From the NCBI GenBank assembly GCA_002269645.1, contig NIVC01002748.1, positions 16,418 to 80,417 of the forward strand: a DNA stretch of 64,000 bases. The letters run 5' to 3'. This DNA is from Macrostomum lignano. Its lineage: Eukaryota. Shown here in pieces: positions 33,343 to 46,509 of this stretch. The notes under the pieces were generated by a model that saw nothing but the letters and a program-made list of their open reading frames with translations, did not search any database and was not told the origin of the DNA. The position numbers were made by a program, and so were the translations under genes. How positions within the stretch are numbered: position 1 is the stretch's first letter; each line of letters starts with the position of its first letter.

Positions 33343-34480
33343 ATTAGCACCTCAGCTGGTTACCCCATTAGCACCTCAGCTGGTTACCCCATTAGCACTT
33401 CAGCTGGTCACCCCAATAGCATCTCATCTGTTTGCCCCAATAGCACCTCAGCTGCTTACCCCATTAGCACCTCAGCTGGTTACCCCATTAGCACCTCAGC
33501 TGGTTACCCCATTAGCACTTCAGCTGGTTACCCCATTAGCACCTCAGCTGGTTACCCCATTAGCACCTCAGCTGGTTACCCCATTAGCACCTCAGCTGGT
33601 TACCCCATTAGCACCTCAGCTGGTTACCCCATTAGCACTTCAGCTGGTTACCCCATTAGCGCTTCAGCTGGTTACCCCATTAGCGCTTCAGCTGGTTACC
33701 CCATTAGCGCTTCAGCTGGTTACCCCATTAGCGCTTCAGCTGGTCACCCCATTAGCGCTTCAGCTGGTTACCCCATTAGCACTTCATCTGGTCACCCCAT
33801 TAGCACTTCAGCTGGTCACCCCAATAGCATCTTATCTGTTTGCCCCATTAGCACCTCAGCTGGTTACCCCATTAGCACCTCAGCTGGTTACTCCAATAGC
33901 ATCTCAGCTGGTTACCCCATTAGCACCTCAGCTGGTTACCCCATTAGCACCTCAGCTGGTTACCCCATTAGCACCTCAGCTGGTTACCCCATTAGCACTT
34001 CAGCTGGTTACCCCATTAGCGCTTCAGCTGGTTACCCCATTAGCGCTTCAGCTGGTCACCCCATTAGCGCTTCAGCTGGTTACCCCATTAGCACTTCATC
34101 TGGTCACCCCATTAGCATCTCATCTGTTTGCCCCAATAGCACCTCAGCTGGTTAACCCATTAGCATCTCAGCTGGTTACCCCATTAGCACCTCAGCTGGT
34201 TACCCCATTAGCACCTCAGCTGGTTACCCCATTAGCACCTCAGCTGGTTACCCCATTAGCACCTCAGCTGGTTACCCCAATAACACCTCAGCTGGTTACC
34301 CCATTAGCACCTCAGCTGGTTACTCCATTAGCACCTCAGCTGGTTACCCCATTAGCACCTCAGCTGGTTACCCCATTAGCACCTCAGCTGGTTACTCCAT
34401 TAGCACCTCAGCTGGTTACCCCATTAGCACCTCAGCTGGTTACCCCATTAGCACTTAGTTACCATATTAGCACCTCAGCT
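33343..34480. repeat. 24-bp minisatellite
   Basis: CACCTCAGCTGGTTACCCCATTAG, about 47 copies. Confidence 0.95.
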
Positions 34481-34856
34481 CCTACCTATAAATTAGCAGG
34501 TAGGAAGACCGCAAAAGAGTATGTAGTTCTAGTATCTTCAGTGAAAAAGTACATTTATTAAGGTGCAATACTTACAGATAGGACGATGATGTATTTTAGA
34601 AGAAGTATTACACTAATTATTACAAATTAAATGGCGCTTAGGCTTGACATTGACAGGGCGAAAACTGCTGAAATAGAAATAGCTTTTGTCTATGGCAAAA
34701 TCTGATACATAGACTGTTCTCTTTGATTGCTAAGTAGTATATCCAAGCGGAGGCCGATCTACGGCTATTTAGATTTTAAAAAGCGACACAAAATAAACTA
34801 TAGAAACAGCCCTAATAGCTGGCCTATTCTGGCCGGCTGGCTCAGTATTTTAACAA

Positions 34857-34865
34857 CAGACAGGC

Positions 34866-34946
<81 letters not shown>

Positions 34947-34961
34947 CACAGACAGACACAC

Positions 34962-34992
<31 letters not shown>

Positions 34993-35068
34993 CACAGACA
35001 GACACACAGACAGACACACAGACACACAGACAGACACACAGACAGACACACAGACAGACACACAGACA
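34857..35068. repeat. (GACA)n / (GACACACA)n microsatellite
   Basis: Lies just 3' of the GPCR stop. Confidence 0.93.
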
Positions 35069-35281
35069 GAACTGCTAAACGGACAACAGTAAGTACTCGC
35101 AGAATAGATGTGTACAAAACTCATTAAGAAAACACATTGAAAGGGATGGGGAGTGTACAACGGTCCGGACTGGCAGCTCGCGCCAGGCCTCCACTAAACA
35201 ATAGTCACTGTTATTTATCTCCCCACTCATCAGCGAGGAAAAACAAAGCATTTTGCACGGCGACGAGCTCGAGTTTCAGCA

Positions 35282-36709
35282 TCAGAAGTCGAACCGCGGT
35301 CCTGCATCGGCCTCGTCCCCGCCGACGCAGCCACCGCGGCAGCAGCGGCAGCAGCAGGCTCGCAGGCGACCTCCGGCCGCTTCAAATCCGGCCCGAGTTC
35401 GCCGATGGCACAGCCGGTTGCCGCAGAACACGTAGGCGAATGGGTCCAGGACGCTATTGAGGTGCACCAGCAGCTCCAGGTAGAAGCTGCAGGGCCTGAA
35501 CAGCCCCGCTGGCAGCAGACCGAGCCACTCGGCGCCGGAAAGCGCCGCCCGCGGCGCCCGGCAGACGACGAAGAGCAGCACCAGCAGGACGAGGGTCCGC
35601 AGCGCCCGGCGGTGCTGCTTGGCCAGGATCTCGTTGATCACCTCCTCGGAGTCGCGCTGGCGAGCGTAGCGACGCGAATTGGCGTCCAGAGACAGTCGCT
35701 GCATGGACTGCAGGCTCAGGCGGGTGTCGCCGCGGTGCAACGGAGTCGCGGTTCCGCCGACCGGGCCGGCGCCTCCGGTGCAGCCAACAACGCCCAAATC
35801 GCAGAGGGTGTTCCTCCGCTGCGGCCTCTCCAGGAGTTTGGCGGCGCCGGCGGAGGCGGCAGCGGCGGCGGCTGTCTGTCCGACATTGACGGGGACGGAG
35901 CACTTCCTGGCGGCGGGGCCGCACGGCTTTCCTGTGGTTAGCAGCTGCCTGGTGGAGCCGCCGCCGCCGCCGCCGCCACCGCAGTCGGTTGAGTAGCCCG
36001 AGTGCCTGCGCAGGAACTTGAGCTTCCTGCTCCGTTCGATCTGCCGGCAGATGGTGAAGTTGCAGACGGCCAAGGCGCACAGGGCGGCGGCGAATTCGGC
36101 GACAATGTGCAGCCGCTGGAAGAGGCGACGGCCGTCCGGGCCCAGGCCGAGTCTGGGCGCCTGGCCGGCGGTGCACAGCACCCAGGCGAGGCCGGCCAGC
36201 AGCATCGGGGTGAGCCGGCGGTGGCTCAGGCGGTACTTGATCGGCCGGAACACCAGGCAGGTTCGGTCGATTGTCACGGCAACTACGGCGCAGACGGAGG
36301 CTGACTGGGCGGCCTGCACGGCGGCCTCGGTCCAGCGGGCCGCCCGAGAGTGGCCGGCGGCCGGCGGCCAGACGTAGAAATACCAGGCGGCCGGGGTGAG
36401 CAGTGTGACCAGCAGGTCGGCCAGCGCCAGGTTGCCAACAAAAATCGAGTGCAACTTCGACTGGGCGCCGCGGCGGAGGGTCAGCGCCAGGGCGACGGCG
36501 TTGGCGGCGGCGCCGGCCAGGAGAATGACGGCGACGCCAGATGCGCCGAGGGCCGTCTCCAGCTGGCGTGGCGGCCGGTTTTGCAAGTCGCTGGAATTGT
36601 CGGTGGCCATCAGACAGGCTGCGGTGGTGGATGCGTGGGTGGAGGCAGCGGGATAACAGAACAGCTGGGGCAGCGGCGGAGCGCCCCCGGTGCCGCTAAA
36701 ATAGTTCAT
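35282..36709 (-). CDS. Intronless class A (rhodopsin-like) orphan GPCR, 475 aa
   Basis: CCACCATG Kozak context. Seven hydrophobic segments: TM1 GAAANAV, TM2 FVGNLALADLLV, TM3 VTIDRT, TM4 AWVL, TM6 FVVCRAP, TM7 NSVLDPFAY. Long ICL3. Confidence 0.92.
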   Translation of the reverse strand: MNYFSGTGGAPPLPQLFCYPAASTHASTTAACLMATDNSSDLQNRPPRQLETALGASGVAVILLAGAAANAVALALTLRRGAQSKLHSIFVGNLALADLLVTLLTPAAWYFYVWPPAAGHSRAARWTEAAVQAAQSASVCAVVAVTIDRTCLVFRPIKYRLSHRRLTPMLLAGLAWVLCTAGQAPRLGLGPDGRRLFQRLHIVAEFAAALCALAVCNFTICRQIERSRKLKFLRRHSGYSTDCGGGGGGGGSTRQLLTTGKPCGPAARKCSVPVNVGQTAAAAAASAGAAKLLERPQRRNTLCDLGVVGCTGGAGPVGGTATPLHRGDTRLSLQSMQRLSLDANSRRYARQRDSEEVINEILAKQHRRALRTLVLLVLLFVVCRAPRAALSGAEWLGLLPAGLFRPCSFYLELLVHLNSVLDPFAYVFCGNRLCHRRTRAGFEAAGGRLRACCCRCCRGGCVGGDEADAGPRFDF

Positions 36710-37309
36710 GGTGGGGGTGCTGGCGAGGCACTCGGGGTTGGGGGGAGGGGCGGCCGGGGAGGGGACGCTGGGGATGGATTGGTGGTTGGGGAAGAAGGGA
36801 CGGCTGTGATGGAGGGTGTAGGGAGTGCTGAATTCGGTGGGTCGGGGAGGGGGTGAGGGGAATAGCAGGGGGCGGATAAAAGCCGGCCAGCTCTATAGCC
36901 GGCCCGATTCCCAATTGACAAGAAAGTCGCCCTGCGCTGCGCAATTGCAAACGTTGACGCCACGGGGTTGGGTCGCAACAAAGATGGAGGAATAAAAGAA
37001 GGAAGTGGAGAGTCAGCAGACTTGGCTTTTATCCAAGACTTTGTGGGCGGAGGCGAAAAAAATGAAATTTTCCTAATGCAACGATACAGTTGGGTCCATT
37101 AGCGAAGACAAAGGACAAGATTCTTGACTTCAGCGTGGGAGGCCGGCCTGACTACCCGGCTATCTGATTATATTCCAGATTCAAAGAGTTCAATTAAGAA
37201 TTCTTTTATTCGCATTGTGGCAGCGGCTTCTCGACAGTCATGCATTGCAGGCGGCATGACTGCCAAATTGAAAATTTCTCTTGTACTTTTCGGTTAGCGC
37301 CATTCATTT

Positions 37310-38220
37310 CGGTCATTGTTGATCACCAACTCGTATCTTCGGTCATTGTTGATCACTATTTTCAGTCATTGTTGATCACCATTTTCAGTCATTGTTGATC
37401 ACTATTTTCAGTCATTGTTGATCACTATTTTCAGTCATTGTTGCCCAATCTTTTCGGTCATTGTTGATCACTATTTTCAGTCATTGTTGATCACTATTTT
37501 CAGTCATTGTTGATCACTATTTTCAGTCATTGTTGATCACTATTTTCAGTCATTGTTGATCACTATTTTCAGTCATTGTTGATCACTATTTTCAGTCATT
37601 GTTGATCACTATTTTCAGTCATTGTTGATCACTATTTTCAGTCATTGTTGATCACTATTTTCAGTCATTGTTGATCACTATTATAAGTCATTGTTGATCA
37701 CTATTTTCAGTCATTGTTGATCACTATTTTCAGTCATTGTTGATCACTATTTTCAGTCATTGTTGATCACTATTTTCAGTCATTGTTGATCACTATTTTC
37801 AGTCATTGTTGATCACTATTTTAGTCATTGTTGATCACTATTTTCAGTCATTGTTGATCACTATTTTCAGTCATTGTTGCCCAATCTTTTCGGTCATTGT
37901 TGATCACTATTTTCAGTCATTGTTGATCACTATTTTCAGTCATTGTTGATCACTATTTTCAGTCATTGTTGATCACTATTTTCAGTCATTGTTGATCACT
38001 ATTTTCAGTCATTGTTGATCACTATTTTCAGTCATTGTTGATCACTATTTTCAGTCATTGTTGATCACTATTTTCAGTCATTGTTGATCACTATTTTCAG
38101 TCATTGTTGATCACTATTTTCAGTCATTTTTAATCACTATTATAAGTCATTGTTGATCACTATTTTCAGTCATTGTTGATCACTATTATAAGTCATTGTT
38201 GATCACTATTTTTAGTCATT
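37310..38220. repeat. 23-bp minisatellite
   Basis: CAGTCATTGTTGATCACTATTTT, about 39 copies; the TTGCCCAATC variant recurs at 37441 and 37877. Confidence 0.95.
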
Positions 38221-38826
38221 TTCTTCCTTCGCATCATTGTAGCTATGGTGCGCGGACATTGCTAAAATTGTAAAAAATTAGCAAAAACTGTATACTACTG
38301 CAATTTGCCACTCATGGCTGTTTTCAAAATGTATGCAGCACTGCCTGGGACATCTAAGAGATCTTGAAGAACCGAAGCCTCATAAAGCAAGAGTAATTAG
38401 AGAGCTTCCGTGTGAGGCGGGCGGTATCGCGGAGGCGTGCAAAAGCAAATTTAAGGCGAGAAGGAGAAAGGGGCTTTAATGGCAGCTCTTTAAAAGTAAG
38501 AAAAGTGAGCTCATCTCAACTGCGACTGCTTGGGAGGATTGGGAAAGTGATTGAGGGACAGAAGCTCAAACCCCAGGCAGAACCGCCCCCTCCCGATCCA
38601 GGCCAGCCCCAGCTGCTCATCCAGGGCTGAATAAGAGAAGGCGCGGCAAAGCTTGACCTGAGATGAACTCATCTCGCCGCCGCCCCCACGCCGCCCAGCC
38701 AACCAAACCAAAACGTGGCAGGAGTGAGGTGCGGAGTGCGGGGGCAGCAGCTGACTGAGTAGCGATGAGGCCAGGTTTAAGTAGGTGCCCTGGGAGGCTG
38801 AGGGGGACGAGCGGACAACAACGCAG

Positions 38827-40335
38827 CCCCCTCGTATGCGCCCTCACGCACGGACGTCCCGGCTCGAGTCAAAGAGAATCCAAGCCTCAGAGAATGAGCT
38901 GGCAATTTGGCTTTGGTTCTCACCCACTGGCTCACTCTCACCCAATGTCTCACTCTCACCCAATGTCTCACTCTCACCCAATGTCTCACTCTCACCCTCT
39001 GTCTCACTCTCACCCAATGTCTCACTCTCACCCTCTGTCTCACTCTCACCCAATGTCTCACTCTCACCCTCTGTCTCACTCTCACCCAATGTCTCACTCT
39101 CACTCACTGTCTCACTCTCACCCAATGTATCACTCTCACCCAATGTCTCACTCTCACCCTCTGTCTCACTCTCACCCAATGTCTCACTCTCCATCTCTGT
39201 CTCACTCTCACCCACTGTCTCACTCTCAACCAATGTCTCACTCTCCCCCTCTGTCTCACTCTCACCCAATGTCTCCCCCTCACCCACTGTCTCACTCTCC
39301 ACCTCTGTCTCACTCTCACCCACTGTCTCACTCTCACCCAATGTCTCACTCTGCCCCTCTGTCTCACTCTCACCCACTGTCTCACTCTCCCCCTCTGTCT
39401 CACTCTCCCCTCTGTCTTACTCTCACCCACTATCTAACTCTCACTCACTGTCTCACTCTCACCCAATGTCTCACTCTCACCCGCTGTCTCACTCTCACCC
39501 AATGTCTCACTCTCACCCGCTGTATCACTCTCACCCAATGTCTCACTCTCACCCAATGTCTCACTCTCACCCTCTGTCTCACTCTCACCCTCTGTCTCCC
39601 CCTCACCCACTGTCTCACTCTCCCCCTCTGTCTCACTCTCACCCACTGTCTCACTCTCCCCCTCTGTCTCACTCTCCCCTCTGTCTTACTCTCACCCACT
39701 ATCTAACTCTCACTCACTGTCTCACTCTCACCCACTGTCTCACTCTCACCCTCTGTCTCACTCTCCCCCTGTCTCACTCTCGCACACGTGACCTTGATTT
39801 ACTTCCTGTCAGTCCATCAAATGCTCTCGGTGTAAATCCGGGAGAATTTTTCTAAGCGCTTAAATCCAGGGAAGCGGCATCCCCGTCTGCGTGTATCTCC
39901 CGCAGGCAGGTATCGTTCGCAATAGGGTACACGCAAGCACCGAAATCCTGAGCAGAATTGCATAAGGCAAATTGGGCTCAGGCAGTTGAATAGCCTGGAG
40001 AGAGTCCTCAAACAGAAGCAGAGAGAGCTCCGCAGAGCAGCAGAAGGAGACTCTGATGAAGCCAGCGGGCGGCTTCTCGATTTCCTCGGCCGGAAGAGCG
40101 CACGCGCTCGGTGGGGTGGGGCAACAAGGAAAAAATATATAGATACATTTGAGAGGCCGAAGCGAGTCCAGAGCCCCACTTAACTTATTTTCATCCGCTG
40201 GTTTTATCCGCCATATCAGCCTTCTTCGAGAGACTGCTTTGCCCAGCAACGATTCTTAGCCGAAATCCGGTCAACCAGAGGGCGGAGCTGCAGATGAGAA
40301 AGATTTTGATGAGGGCCTTTCCTTGCTGGCTATAA
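38827..40335 (+). CDS. Possible small 3-exon gene (coiled-coil-like, uncharacterised)
   Basis: Candidate exons 38827-38915, 39982-40110 and 40260-40335 are phase compatible and give ..MRPHARTSRLESKRIQASENELAIWLWQLNSLERVLKQKQRELRR..RAFPCWL*. The first donor (GTTCTC) is weak and no homology is recognised. Confidence 0.3.
38917..39780. repeat. 18-bp minisatellite
   Basis: CTCTCACCCAATGTCTCA, about 47 copies. Confidence 0.94.
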
Positions 40336-40440
40336 AAAGAAAATGTCCTTGTTGCCAACGATAAAAGTGCAGCGTTCTGTTGCTTGTCATAAGAGAATGA
40401 TATAATTGATGGAAGATAACTATTCACAGGTGGCCTTCGT

Positions 40441-40571
40441 TGACATCGGTCCCACAACCAGCTCTGAGGCAGTTCTGCCCGTTCCACTGACTCCTGAGCA
40501 CTTTCAAGCGCACCAATACTGTACGCAAGCACTGCACTCATGCACACAGGCTGTACTGCAACCCTGACTTT
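40441..40571 (-). mobile_element. SINE 3' fragment, third copy
   Basis: TGACATCGGTCCCACAACC..GAGGCAGTTCTGCCCGTTCCACTGACTCCTGAGC..CCAATACTGTAC..CACACAGGCTGTACTGCAACCCTGACTT aligns by eye with both other copies. Confidence 0.6.
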
Positions 40572-41245
40572 CTGTCTCTGTCTCTGCCTCACTCTCTGTC
40601 TCACTCTCAATCTCTGCCTCACTCTCAATCTCTGACTCACTCTCAATCTCTGTCTCACTCTCAATCTCTGTCTCACTCTCAATCTCTGACTCACTCTCAA
40701 TCTCTGTCTCACTCTCAATCTCTGTTTCACTCTCAATCTCTGTCTCACTCTCAATCTCTGTCTCACTCTCAATCTCTGTCTCACTCTCAATCTCTGTCTC
40801 ACTCTCAATCTCTGTTTCACTCTCAATCTCTGTCTCACTCTCAATCTCTGTCTCACTCTCAATCTCTGTCTCACTCTCAATCTCTGTCTCACTCTCAATC
40901 TCTGTCTCACTCTCAATCTCTGTCTCACTCTCAATCTCTGTTTCACTCTCAATCTCTGTCTCACTCTCAATCCCTGTCTCATTTTCAATCTCTGTCTCAC
41001 TCTCAATCTCTGTCTCACTCTCAATCTCTGTCTCACTCTCAATCTCTGTCTCACTCTCAATCTCTGTTTCACTCTCAATCTCTGTCTCACTCTCAATCCC
41101 TGTCTCATTTTCAATCTCTGTCTCACTCTCACCCACTGTCTCACCCTCACCTACTGTCTCACTCTCACCCACTGTCTCACTCTCACCCACTGTCTCACTC
41201 TCACCCACTGTCTCACTCTCACCCACAGTCTCACTCTCAATCTCC
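40570..41245. repeat. 18-bp minisatellite (related to the 38917 array)
   Basis: CTCTCAATCTCTGTCTCA, grading into CTCTCACCCACTGTCTCA. Confidence 0.94.
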
Positions 41246-41679
41246 GTCTCACGCAAGTTATCCCAAGCAAAATTCAGATAGCTTTTAGAGTCGTTATTAA
41301 AAATCCTATAAGTCCTATTATGGCAACGAGATGAAATAACCACGACAGTGAATCACATAGACGAACCAGATACTAATGAATAAAAACGTTCGCTGATTGC
41401 AGCCTGGCTAAAGCGCTTTTTGGTTGCTGGGCCATCGTCTGCAAATTGAGACCTAAATTCTCTCTCTGAGCCATTCTCTAGACAATGAGTTAGTAAGAGA
41501 GGCCTGCGAATGCATTCAGGCCAGTCACGGGACGCTGATTAAAATGAATTGCAAGTGCCGACAGTCAGACTGGAGAGGCGTTTTTAACGCTAGGCTGAAC
41601 TGGAAGAAAGGTGGGGAGCGGGAAATAGCGGGAGTGGATGGGGGAAAAGAGATGCAGGATTACGCAGAGTGGAGAGCGG

Positions 41680-43000
41680 AGAGCGGAGAGTAGAGAGCGG
41701 ATAGTAGAGAGCGGATAGTAGAAAGCGGATAGTAGAGAGCGGAGAGTAGAGAGCAGACAGTATAAAGCGGATAGTAGAGAGCGGAGAGTAGAGAGCGGAT
41801 AGTAGAGAGCGGAGAGTAGAAAGCGGAGAGTAGAGAGCGGGTAGTAGAGAGCGGATAGTAGAGAGCGGATAGTAGAGAGCGGATAGTAGAGAGCGGATAG
41901 TAGAGAGCGGATAGTAGAGAGCGGATAGTAGAGAGCGGATAGTAGAGAGCGGATAGTAGAGAGCGGATAGTAGAGAGCGGTGAGTAGAGAGTGGATAGTA
42001 GAGAGCGGATAGTAGAGAGCGGAGAGTAGAGAGCGGGTAGTAGAGAGCGGGTAGTAGAGAGCGGGTAGTAGAGAGCGGAGAGTAGAGAGCGGGTAGTAGA
42101 GAGCAGAATGTAGAAAGCGGAGAGTAGAGAGCAGATAGTAGAGAGCGGAGAGTAGAGAGCGGATAGTAGATAGCGGAGAGTAGAGAGCGGTGCGTAGAGA
42201 GCAGAAGGTAGAAAGCGGAGAGTAGAGAGCAAATAGTAGAGAGCGGATAGTAGAGAGCGGATAGTAGATAGCGGAGAGTAGAGAGCGGGTAGTAGAGAGC
42301 GGATAGTAGAAAGCGGATAGTAGAGAGTGGATAGTAGAGAGTGGATAGTAGAGAGCGGAGAGTAGAGAGCGGATAGTAGAGAGTGGATAGTAGAGAGCGG
42401 ATAGTAGAAAGCGGATAGTAGAAAGCTATGAGTAGAGAGCAGAAAGTAGAAAGCGGAGAGTAGAGAGCGGATAGTAGAAAGCGGATAGTAGAGAGTGGAT
42501 AGTAGAGAGCGGATAGTAGAAAGCGGATAGTAGAAAGCTATGAGTAGAGAGCAGAAAGTAGAAAGCGGAGAGTAGAGAGCGGATAGTAGAGAGCGGATAG
42601 TAGAAAGCGGAGAGTAGAGAGCGGATAGTAGAGAGCGGATAGTAGAGAGCGGATAGTAGAGAGCAGACAGTAGAAAGCGGAGAGTAGAGAGCGGATAGTA
42701 GAGAGCGGATAGTAGAAAGCGGAGAGTAGAGAGCGGATAGTAGAGAGCGGATAGTAGAGAGCGGATAGTAGAGAGCAGACAGTAGAAAGCGGAGAGTAGA
42801 GAGCGGATAGTAGAGAGCGGATAGTAGAGAGCGGATAGTAGAGAGCGGATAGTACGCGTAGAGAGCGGGTAGTAGAGAGCGGGTAGTAGAGAACGGTGAG
42901 TAGAGAGCGGTGAGTAGAGAGCGGTGAATAGAGAGCGGATAGTAGAGAGCGGATAGTAGAGAGCGGATAGTAGAGAGCGGATAGTAGAGAGCGGGTAGTA
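41680..43000. repeat. 14-bp purine-rich minisatellite
   Basis: GGATAGTAGAGAGC, about 94 copies. Confidence 0.95.
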
Positions 43001-43648
43001 GTGTATAGTAGGAAGCTAAGATCGAATAGAAGGAGAGTGGCAGGATTCGATTTCACAAAATAGGCTGTCCAGAAAAAAGCAAACGACAGCTGGATTGTCT
43101 TTAAAAGAAAGCTACAATTTAATGTGGTGAAGGAAGCACAGACTGCAACATGAGCTCAGCAGCTACAAATGAAATTCTTGCCAGTTCAAAGCTGGCAAGA
43201 CGCCCAATCCACGGAGAAATGACTCAGTCGGATCTGCAGCTGTTTCTACGCATAATTTAGTCAGCAGTTTGAGGGAAAATGAAAGGGAACGGATCATGCA
43301 AAGGTCAAAAGCATCAATCACCTCTCAGAGGAGTAAATGATGAGAAGGCAGATGAGCCAGGACAAATAGGGCAGGCGGTGCCGACCTTGGGCGCTGGGCC
43401 ATCTGTTGCGGGGCTGAGGATTTCATATCGGACTTTTCTTCTGGCGCATATTGAAGAGACTTCTGTTGCTTAGGGGCCGACAACTTGAAGGGAGGTCAAC
43501 AGGTTTGTCGTGCGATTTACACCAATCCGGGCCACCTCTAATCATTCTTGATTAGAAAGTCAAGAGGGGCGGCTGTGCACCCTGTGTGCATGAGTGCGAG
43601 CCATGGGTTTGGCCATAGACAAATCCGTCGAGACATAACACTGCAGAG

Positions 43649-44266
43649 ACAGGAGCAGCTGGAAACTCGCCGCAACTTTGCTTGCTTGCCGGTCCCTGGC
43701 AGCAGTTCATGAAAAAGCAGCTTGATAAACTTGTGAGCGCAGCTCGGACAAAACACCTGCTGGCTGCATCTGCAATTCGGAAGTCCAGCAGGTGAGGCAT
43801 TGGAACGGTACCGGCGATAGGGCATAGCTCAAACAGATTCTAATAGAAAATGTTCTATTTTTATCCACGTATGTAACATTTTTAAAAGAAAGTCAACTTT
43901 TAAAAACCAAAAAAAGTTACAAGTTTGGCTTATGATCTAGCAAAACCCTGTAACCCTAATTCAAAGTTTCCCATTGAAAAACCACGTGAACAAGCGAACG
44001 AGTGCCAGCAGCCCCGCGTGACAAACGGGTAACCGGAAAAAAGTGGCCCTCCCATAACTTGTTGATTCCCCCCTACGCAGGAGGGGACAAATCCCTTTGG
44101 GAGGGAGTTCCCATTTCTTGCCGCTCTCGAAGATTTCATTCCAGAAATCTTGGAAAAATCTTCTTTTTTTGCATCTCAAACAAGTTACTCGTGCTGCAGC
44201 TCCCGCCAGCTCCCGCCAGCTCATGAGTTGAATCCCCTCCACAAGCCAAGATTTATCCCATTCTGA
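43649..44266 (+). other. Exon-like islands (possible part of an unresolved gene)
   Basis: 43649-43792 (cag| ... |gtgagg; PWQQFMKKQLDKLVSAARTKHLLAASAIRKS) joins in phase to 44200-44266 (..HELNPLHKPRFIPF*). No upstream exon could be linked. Confidence 0.2.
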
Positions 44267-44604
44267 TTCGCAATCTATCCAGCCACTGGGATCAATAATT
44301 AGTGTGGGCGTCAGTAGCAACCAAGCTTGACGAAAAGGCGAAATTTCCAATTATCACAACCCGGAGATGGGCACCGGCCTCCGCCAAAAAAAGTACGAAC
44401 AGATTTTTGTTGGACCGAAAAGACTGAACAAGTTGTCTATATATGTATATGAATAGTCGAAATATAAACACTTTATGGCCTCGCACCTAAAAGAACGAAA
44501 TAAAGCTACTAAAGAAACAAATTATTGTTGCATAATTTTGATGAATAAATTTCAACAGAAATCATAACCGGATCGCTATATAAGTGTCGGCGATCCTTTA
44601 GTAA

Positions 44605-45435
44605 AAGTTTGGCGCCCCTTACTAAAAGCTCGGCGCCCCTTACTTTACTAAGAGAGTTTGGCGCCCCTTACTTTACTAAGAGAGTTTGGCGCCCCTTACT
44701 TTACTAAGAGAGTTTGGCGCCCCTTACTTTACTAAGAGAGTTTGGCGCCCCTTACTTTACTAAGAGAGTTTGGCGCCCTTTACTTTACTAAGAGTTTGGC
44801 GCCCCTTACTTTACTAAGAGAGTTTGGCGCCCCTTACTTTACTAAGAGAGTTTGGCGCCCCTTACTTTACTAAGAGTTTGGCGCCCTTTACTTTACTAAG
44901 AGTTTGGCGCCCCTTACTTTACTAAGAGAGTTTGGCGCCCCTTACTTTACTAAGAGTTTGGCGCCCCTTACTTTACTAAGAGAGTTTGGCGCCCCTTACT
45001 TTACTAAGAGTTTGGCGCCCCTTACTTTACTAAGAGTTTGGCGCCCCTTACTTTACTAAGAGAGTTTGGCGCCCCTTACTTTACTAAGAGTTTGGCGCCC
45101 TTTACTTTACTAAGAGAGTTTGGCGCCCCTTACTTTACTAAGAGAGTTTGGCGCCCCTTACTTTACTAAGAGTTTGGCGCCCTTTACTTTACTAAGAGAG
45201 TTTGGCGCCCCTTACTTTACTAAGAGAGTTTGGCGCCCCTTACTTTACTAAGAGTTTGGCGCCCCTTACTTTACTAAGAGTTTGGCGCCCCTTACTTTAC
45301 TAAGAGAGTTTGGCGCCCCTTACTTTACTAAGAGTTTGGCGCCCTTTACTTTACTAAGAGAGTTTGGCGCACCTTACTAAGAGTTTGGCGCCCCTTACTT
45401 TACTAAGAGAGTTTGGCGCTACCCTAAGAGTTTGA
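44605..45435. repeat. 26/28-bp minisatellite
   Basis: GCCCCTTACTTTACTAAG(AG)AGTTTGGC, about 30 copies. Confidence 0.95.
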
Positions 45436-46509
45436 CGCTCATAGGGCGCTCTTTGACGCTCTTACAGAATCATATTTATATAAGCCATTATACTGTCTGT
45501 GATTATTAATAGCAATAAAACCGGCAGGTCGGTAAAAATTAAAAACTTTCTGTTTGCTCGGTAAACACTTGCGTAAATGAAAAGAAGGCAAAATATTGGC
45601 CGGGATCTGCAGCCCAACAAACAGCGTACAGCAAAAAGTACAAAACTTTTCTGGGCGACAATTCTTCCGCATACTGGCCCATGCCTCTGTATGGAATGGA
45701 GGATTAATAAAGGGTTGTGTTTGGATTGACACGACCTCGGGGAAAACATAACACGAAGAGTCTCGAACTGACGCCTACACACCCGCAACAGCTATACATA
45801 TCTCCGTTGCATTGCTGACAGTGCTATCGGACAGTATAACAAATGCGTTTTTCCAATTTTCGTGTGCTTATTAAAACAAAATTAGTCAGACTTCAGATAT
45901 GGAATTAGCCAGACCTCAGATGTGGGATTAGCCAGACCTCAGTTGTAGACAATGGGATTAGCCAGTCTACAAATCGGGAAAGTGCTCGACAAGTGTTGAT
46001 CAGTACTGGTGCACATGTACTTTATAGCGCTATTGCGCATCCGAAAAAATCGGCTATCTGGCAGGCTTGCATTTTCAGGAGGCCAAGCGGTTTGACTACT
46101 CATTCACCTGCATACGGGGTGCCTGGATAGGATTTTTTGCCGGCAACAATAAACTACAATTTTCCGACACAGAAAGAGTTGTTCAGCGCGCAGTTCAAGC
46201 ATCAAGTGATGCGACCTAGTTTACTTCTAAAAGGAAGCCTAGTCTGCTTGTTCAGAAAAAATCTGCACTTTTGTAGTGGCGGCAGGGTTATTGCGCACTA
46301 CAAGAAGAAGTGTATTGCTTGTTCAAAGTTAGGTAGATTTTGTATATTGCCGACATTTTTTAAGAAACTCGCCTTTTATGACGTATAAATACTAGTAATG
46401 GTCCCTGGTAAGGCTGACGCTTGTGTACAGGTGCTTGACTTGAATCATTCAATATGGCGAAAACTATAGTATTTCTATTGGACCAGTTATGTAATTACTC
46501 CTAACTAAA

